Below are positions 57,043 to 64,000 of a stretch of 64,000 bases of DNA, piece by piece. Source of the stretch: Macrostomum lignano (Eukaryota); assembly GCA_002269645.1 (NCBI GenBank), contig NIVC01000001.1:2480001-2544000 (forward strand), given 5' to 3'. Below the pieces are notes generated by a model. That model searched no databases. It worked only from the letters and a program-made list of their open reading frames with translations, and was not told where the DNA came from. The position numbers and the translations under genes were made by a program. Position 1 is the first letter of the stretch. Every line of letters begins with the position of its first letter.

Positions 57043-57934
57043 CCGTTATAACAACCGAAAGTGAGCAATTCACAGTCGCATCTTCATTTGTGCTCCCAGC
57101 ATCACTCAATACGGCTTCCTCATCAGCCCAGACCCGCTCCATCAGTACCCGCCCATTCTCTCAATACTGTCTCAAGCCGCCATTGGTCGAACAGCCCTGA
57201 AAAATTGCACTGAAAGCAGAAATCTTATTGGTTCAAAGCAGAGACCAGCTGAAAAATAATTCTCAGCTAAAAACTAAAAATTCTCTTCAATGCAGCATAA
57301 AAAAGCACCTATGTCTGCAGCAGTAACCCTATTAAAGAACACTAATGAGTCAACGGCCACTATTGTGAATCCTTTTTTATCAAACTATCAGGCTATCAAG
57401 TCATTTGTCTGAATGCCTGTCTGACTGTCTGTCTGAATCTCTTTAGGAGAAACAAGCGTTGCTGAAATTAAAGGTAAATAAAACTGCAATTTCTACAACA
57501 GGTAAGCAAAAGTTAGAGCAGCTGCCTCCCCTGAGCCGCATCCGGGATTGCTCAGTGGCTGGCAGGAAGGCTGGCGGGAGGCATGGCTCTGCTGAGACTG
57601 CTGCCTGCGCTCTGCGTCCTGCTGCCGCAGACGGTCCTCATCGTTTGCGGCATCTCGCGTGAGTTCAAATCCGTGCCATTTTTTTTTGTTATAACTTTAT
57701 GAATGCTAGGGCAACTGTGCAACTGAAGTATTAGTGGCTTGCTACCTTTCCTGTTGGCTAGATTAGCAATCCATTCTATTATGTTTTTGTCATAAATTGC
57801 TAAGGATCTTTTATGTAAAAGGAAAATGCCATGGACAAATCATTTGATCATTTTATCGTACAAAATTTCCAACGACGGAGGTAGTTGAGCTTAGTTCGCA
57901 ATTACTCTGCAAGAATCTTTCGTTATTTCTCCAC

Positions 57935-58525
57935 TTCCACCCCTCCCTCTCCCCATCTACCCCTCACTTTCCTTTCTACTCCTCCCTCTCCCATTCTACC
58001 CCTTCCTCTCCCCATCTACCCCTCACTTTCCTTTCTACTCCTCCCTCTCCCATTCTACCCCTTCCTCTCCCCATCTACCCCTCACTCACCCTATCTACGT
58101 CTCATACTCCCCATCTACCTCTCTCTCTCCCCATCTACCCATCACTCACCCCATCTACCCCTCACTCTCCCCGTCTACCCCTTACTCCCCCCGTCTACCC
58201 CTTACTCCCCCCATCTACCCCTTACTCTCCCCATCTACCCTTCACTCTCCCCGTCTACCCCTCACTCTCCCCTTCTACCCCTCACTCTCCCCGTCTACCC
58301 CTTACTCCCCCCATCTACCCCTTACTCTCCCCATCTACCCTTCACTCTCCCCGTCTACCCCTCACTCTCCCCTTCTACCCCTCCATCTCCCCTTCTACCC
58401 CTCCATCTCCCCTTCTACCCCTCCCTCTCCCCTTCTACCCCTCCCTCTCCCCTTCTACCCCTCCCTCTCCCCTTTTACCCCTCCCTCTCCCCTTCTACCC
58501 CTCCCTCTCCCCTTCTACCCCACCA
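57935..58525. repeat. Degenerate 21-22-bp pyrimidine-rich repeat (CCCATCTACCCCTCACTCTCC)
   Basis: Direct reading. Confidence 0.9.
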
Positions 58526-59096
58526 TCAATTCCCCATTCCCCCATAGTGCAGTCTTCCACAGTCTCCTCGCTCATGCCTCCAACCAAGGATAAATTCCTT
58601 AAAGAACAGTTTCTCATTCTCTAGCATTCTGTTGCTAGGCTAAGAGTTCTTTAGCAGTAGCAGCGAGCGGAAAGCCATGCATCCAGCCCACTTCAATAAT
58701 GCTAAACGATCAGAGGGAATTTCAGTTGAATATTTTGTTGCATTGTGTGGAATTTAATTTGGCAATGCTTAGCTTGGAAATTCGTTCGCATGTTTGCCGA
58801 CTGGGGCATCCGGGACTGTTACGAGTATCAGAATAGGGAGCTTATCGCCTCAGGGTGCCTGAAAATGTAAAGAGACCATTAATATGGAGCTAAATTCGGG
58901 CTAACCACCCTAATTAGCATATTTGCGAGCTAAGTTTATAACACCTGGATTACACCTGGATCGATGGGCTCTTTGCTGGAACCGAATGAAGATTCGCAGC
59001 ATCGGATGGCAAAGGTCACGGGTTCGAATTTGAGAATTATTCCGGCAGACAATTGTTAAAACAGTTTGAAAGCTCCAAAAATGGAAAAATGTTATT

Positions 59097-59730
59097 TTGG
59101 GGCGCCGACTGCTACATGGGGGCGCCAAATGTTACATAGGGGCGCCGAATGTTACATAGGGGCGCCGAATGTTACATAGGAGCGCTACATCGGGGCGCCA
59201 AACCAAATGCTACAAAAGGGCGCCAAACCAGATGGTATAAAAGGGCGCCAAACCAACTGCTAAAAAAGGGCGCCAAACCAAATGCTACAAAAGGGCACCA
59301 AACCAAATGCTACAAAAGGGCACCAAACCGAATGCTACAAAAGGGCGCCAAACCAAATGCTACAAAAGGGCGCCAAACCAGATGCTACAAAAGGGCGCCA
59401 AACCAGATGCTTCAAAAGGGCGCCAAACCAAATGCTACAAAAGGGCGCCAAACCAGATGCTACAAAAGGGCGCCAAACCAGATGGTACAAAAGGGCGCCA
59501 AACCAAATGCTACAAAAGGGCGCCAAACCAAATGCTACAAAAAGGCCACAAACCAGATGGTACAAAAGGGCGCCAAACCAAATGCTACGAAAGGGCGCCA
59601 AACCAAATGCTACAAAAGGGCGCCAAACCAGATGCTACAAAAGGGCGCCAAACCAAATGCTACAAAAGGGCGCCAAACCGAGAGCTACAAAAGGGCGCCA
59701 GACCAAATTCTCAAAAGTGCATCAAATGCT
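59097..59730. repeat. 25-bp minisatellite (AAAAGGGCGCCAAACCAAATGCTAC)n preceded by shorter GGGGCGCC units
   Basis: Direct reading. Confidence 0.94.
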
Positions 59731-60280
59731 ACTGAAGAAAGGCAGTAAATAAACTACAATAAATTTCTCCTAACCAAGTGGAAGCAGACGAAGTGGCGTC
59801 CAAGATGAAGAATCCCCATAGCAACGCTGATTCTCAGCCAAATGTTTGACTAAGCGAATTAGCTCCACTTTAAGCTTTTCCCACCCGAGTCTCCCCAGCT
59901 CTTCGGAGTTGCTTTTTTGATCTGAGCTCGTATTTGCTCAGCCTGATGAGGCTGGTCCAGCTTCCCAAATCTCCCCCTGTTTGCCAGCAGCTGTGTGGCA
60001 GAGAGAGACGCATGGAAATCACGAGTGCCCTTTCCGAAGCGGTCAATTTAGTGCCAGGTTCGAGTCAGCCGGCCTCCCTTGCTCGGGTAATTATCGACGA
60101 GTCTGTTCCTCTCTCGTCTGCGTTCCCAGACTCAAATCAAAGGGACTGCTGATGACGACTGGGAAGATCTATGAGCGCTTGGGGGTTGAGACTGACCTGC
60201 TTATGGCTTCTCATAGTGCTACCAACAGACTGCCAAGCCGTAGGGGTGATCCTGAAATGCTTGAGGATATAAGAGTGATA

Positions 60281-60480
60281 CTTGTGTCTTGTGTCTTGTG
60301 TTGTGTCTTGTGTCTTGAGTCTTGTGTCTTGTGCCTTGTGTCTTGTGTCTTGAGTCTCATGTCTTGTGTCTTGTGTCAATTGTGTCTTGTTTTGAGTCTT
60401 CCGTCTTGAGTCTTGTGTCTTGTGTCTTGTGTCTCACGTCTTGCGGTTTGTGTCTTTTGTACCTTGTGTTCAGTGTCTTT
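60281..60480. repeat. (TGTGTCT)n heptamer repeat
   Basis: Direct reading. Confidence 0.9.
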
Positions 60481-60595
60481 TGTTTTGCTACAAAACGGCG
60501 CCAATGACTCAAATTGTGAAGCGCCCAGATACTGGCTTTGGCCACCAAGTTCTGAATGCGGGGGTCCAGGGTCCTGAAACTTGGTGGAAAAAATA

Positions 60596-61160
60596 CTGAA
60601 TTTGGCGCCCAAACCCTTGAATTTGGCGCCCCAACCCTTGAATTTGGCGCCCCAACCCTTGAATTTGGCGCCCCAACCCTTGAATTTGGCGCCCCAACCC
60701 TTGAATTTGGCGCCCCAACCCTTGAATTTGGCACCCAAACCCTTGAATTTGGCGCCCCAACCCTTGAATTTGGCACCCCAATCCTTGAATTTGGCGCCCC
60801 AACCCTTGAATTTGGCGCCCCAACCCTTGAATTTGGCGCCCCAACCCTTGAATTTGGCGCCCCAACCCTTGAATTTGGCGCCCCAACCCTTGAATTTGGC
60901 GCCCCAACCCTTGAATTTGGCGCCCCAACCCTTGAATTTGGCACCCAAACCCTTGAATTTGGCGCCCCAACCCTTGAATTTGGCACCCCAATCCTTGAAT
61001 TTGGCGCCCCAACCCTTGAATTTGGCGCCCCAACCCTTGAATTTGGCGCCCCAACCCTTGAATTTGGCACCCCAAGCCTTGAATTTGGCACCCCAACCCT
61101 TGAATTTGGCACCCCAACCCTTGAATTTGGCGCCCCAACCCTTGAATTTGGCGCCCCAGT
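60596..61160. repeat. 21-bp minisatellite (GAATTTGGCGCCCCAACCCTT)n, about 27 copies
   Basis: Direct reading. Confidence 0.96.
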
Positions 61161-61729
61161 ACAAGGTTTGGCCTCTCCTTCCCACTAATTTCGCTACCGA
61201 TTTCCACAGCAAGCGCCATTTACCGGGTTGCTAAAATCGCAGTCAGCAAAACCCAAGCATACTACTGGCAGTAGGCAGCACAGGCAGTTACACAATATCA
61301 ATTTGCTACAATTTTTGCCCAACAAAAAAGAGCTTAAAGTTGTGGCAGCGAATTCCCCCCAGCAGCATTGTTATTTCCTAGTCATCGTTTTGAGTTCTAA
61401 AAGTTTCCCAAAGCCCACCTGCCAGCCTCCAACTCTGTTGCTGGGGCCAGGAGAATTTTCTTCTAGAAGAAACTCCATGCAGCATCGGCTGAATTATTCA
61501 GCAGCTGCAGACTCAGCCTGTGGAAGAAAACAATTTTTGGTTCCGGTTTTTGATGCAGCAGAGCGCAACTGCCCAGCTGTAGGGAGACTGCAGAGAGAAA
61601 TACTGATTGAGGAAGCTGGAAATATTCACAGTTCTCAAAATCACAAAATTGAATGTTAAACACGAGAGGGAACTGTGTAGATACTTGGCATGCTGGCTTT
61701 CACATTCTTTGTGACATACCTGTGCTGTC

Positions 61730-62485
61730 CCTTATCTCTCTCCCTCTCACCCTGTCTACATGCACTTCTCACCACTCATACCCCTCTCCCTCCTGCTCTC
61801 CCTCTCTTCCTCTCCCTTTGTCTCTCCCCTCTCCCTCTCCCTTTGTCTCTCCCCTCTCCCTCTCTCCTACTTTTCCTCTCCCCCTCTCTCCTTCTCCCCT
61901 ACTCTCCATCTCTCCTACTCTCCCTCTATCCCTCTCTCCCTCTCTCCCTCTCTCCTTCTCCCCTACTCTCCATCTCTCCTACTCTCCATCTCTACCTCTC
62001 TCCCTATCTCCCTTCCTCCCTATCTCCCTCTCTCCCTATATCCCTCTCTCCCTCTCTCCCTCTCTCCTTCTCCCCTACTCTCCATCTCTCCTACTCTCCA
62101 TCTCTACCTCTCTCCCTATCTCCCTTCCTCCCTATCTCCCTCTCTCCCTATATCCCTCTCTACCTCTCTCCTTCTCTCCTTCTCTCCCTCTCTACCTCTC
62201 TACCTCTCTCCTTCTCTCCTTCTCTCCCTCTCTACCTCTCTTCCTCTCTCCTTCTCTCCCTCTCTTCCCCTCTCCTTCTCTCCCTCTCTCCCCCTCTCCC
62301 TCTCTACCTCTCTCCCTCTCTCCCTATATCCCTCTCTACCTCTCTCCCTCTCTCCCTATATCCCTCTCTACCTCTCTCCCTCTCTCCCTCTCCCCCTCTC
62401 CCTATCTCGGTCGCCCCTCAACTCCCACTCACCTCCATTTCCATCCCCTACCCTCTCTCTTCTCTCCCTCTCTCCCACTCCCTCT
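61730..62485. repeat. Degenerate CT-rich polypyrimidine repeat
   Basis: Direct reading. Confidence 0.9.
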
Positions 62486-63104
62486 CAATGTCCGCAAATT
62501 AAGAAAAGAATATAGACGCCAGTGCGGCAGACAGGTATAGCCCAGGCAATAATGTTGTGGATAATAAAATACAAGGAAGACACAGTTGAAGACAGACAGG
62601 CCACAATCATTGGGCCTCAGCAACCCCTCGCCGCTGCAGTCATTGGCCGCCTGCGCACCTTCCTAGCAGCATAAGACGGCCAGAGAACAGCAGCTCTTGA
62701 CCAGGGAAAAAGAAGACTTCAGTTTGAGAAGTCTATTTTATTTTTTTGGATTACCTATTACTTGTTGAGAGCATCAGTTAGTAAGCTGCTTGTGGACTGC
62801 ATCAGCTCGCTATTCTTAGAAATAGAGCAGGGACTCTTCCAATTGATAGAATGATCATCTGATCGAAGCAAATGAATTGGGTTAGATAGAATCGGAGATA
62901 AGACCGCACTGAGGAGACATGACTGGCGGCCAGCTTTTCATCCCGATGTCGGCGCTGCTGCTCAGCCTGCGGTTGCCAGTCTGTTGCTATGCGGACAGCA
63001 TGGACGCTATGATAACGTCGACTAAGAAGTTGAAGGAAACGATAAGTGAGAATTATTGTCCTTTTGAGACTAGGGCTTTAGCTGCTCTGTCAGATAGAAT
63101 CGGA

Positions 63105-63597
63105 TGGGACTACATCAGATGAGACTAGATCAGATGATACTAGATCAGATGAGAATAGATCAGATGAGAATAGATCAGATGATAATAGATCAGATGATAA
63201 TAGATCAGATGAGAATAGATCAGATGAGAATAAAACAGATGATAATAGATCAGATGAGAATAGATCAGATGAGACTAGATTAGGTGACTATAGATTAGAT
63301 GAGACTAGATCAGACGAGACTAGATTAGAAAAGACTAGACTAGATGAGACTAGATTAGATGAGACTAGATTATATGAGACTAGATCAAATGAGACTAGAT
63401 CAGATGGTACTAGATCAGATGAGACTAGATCAGATGAGACTAGATCAAATGAGACTAGATCAGATGGTACTAGATCGGATGAGACTAGATCGGATGAGAC
63501 TAGATCGGATGAGACTAGATCGGATGAGACTAGATCAGATGAGACTAGATCGGATGAGACTAGATCAGATGACACTACGTCAGATGAGAATAGATTG
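63105..63597. repeat. 15-bp minisatellite (GAGACTAGATCAGAT)n
   Basis: Direct reading. Confidence 0.94.
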
Positions 63598-63963
63598 AAT
63601 TAAGCTAGAAGTATGCTTCTGTGAAAAAAATCGGAAAGCGGAGAGATGGAGCAGAGAAGTTGCGAGTTCCACTGATTGACGACATCTCACTTCGAGTTTA
63701 ATAAATCCCTTTTGAGACTCTTCCCCAGTCAGCCGGCAGTCCCCTGTCCCACACTAAGGACAAAAGCAGAATTCAGAAGAAAATTTGCATACGAGACTCG
63801 CCTTTGCAAGGAAAAATTAGTAGCAAAAAATTCTCTGCTGCCGGAGAGAGCGCTTCAAAAAATCAGAGTGATGGGAAAGTTTTAATGCTATATGGAATTT
63901 CTACATGTATATACGAGATATTTTGTTTACAAACAGAAAGATAGAAATAGGGGACCGGATGGA

Positions 63964-63964
<1 letters not shown>

Positions 63965-64000
<36 letters not shown>
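63965..64000. repeat. (GACA)n microsatellite running off the window
   Basis: Direct reading. Confidence 0.9.

Noticed and set aside
57580-57690. tRNA/SINE-like end GAGTTCAAATCC...CCA followed by a T-run
   Set aside because: The T-stem does not pair and there is no A-box or cloverleaf upstream.
59015-59035. GGTTCGAAT B-box-like word
   Set aside because: It is isolated, with no tRNA structure.

Overview
Eukaryotic (animal) genomic DNA. The repeat-packed introns and poly-Ala/Gln exons recall free-living flatworms such as Macrostomum, but the organism is an inference only. (1) 1-8.9 kb is a cluster of dead transposons: a mariner 3' end, two RTE-type LINE fragments and an Ingi/I-group LINE on the minus strand. 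The 5' end of that LINE carries a well-formed HDV/CPEB3-like self-cleaving ribozyme fold, then a 2A StopGo peptide (GDVETNPGP), two PHD-type fingers, APE, RT and a partial RNase H. (2) 10.84-26.83 kb is a complete minus-strand polypyrimidine tract-binding protein (PTB/PTBP/hephaestus) gene. I assembled it by hand as 14 GT-AG coding exons (2220 nt, 739 aa, 4 RRMs). It includes a 34-nt micro-exon equivalent to the vertebrate PTBP1 exon 11 NMD switch, plus other candidate unproductive-splicing elements. (3) 27-64 kb has no recognisable coding exon, only about 28 unrelated micro/minisatellite arrays separated by short unique spacers. These show a strong CT-on-plus-strand bias, unit lengths clustering near 21 bp and recurrent E2F- and AP-1-like cores. 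The long ORFs in the track over these arrays are translation artefacts.
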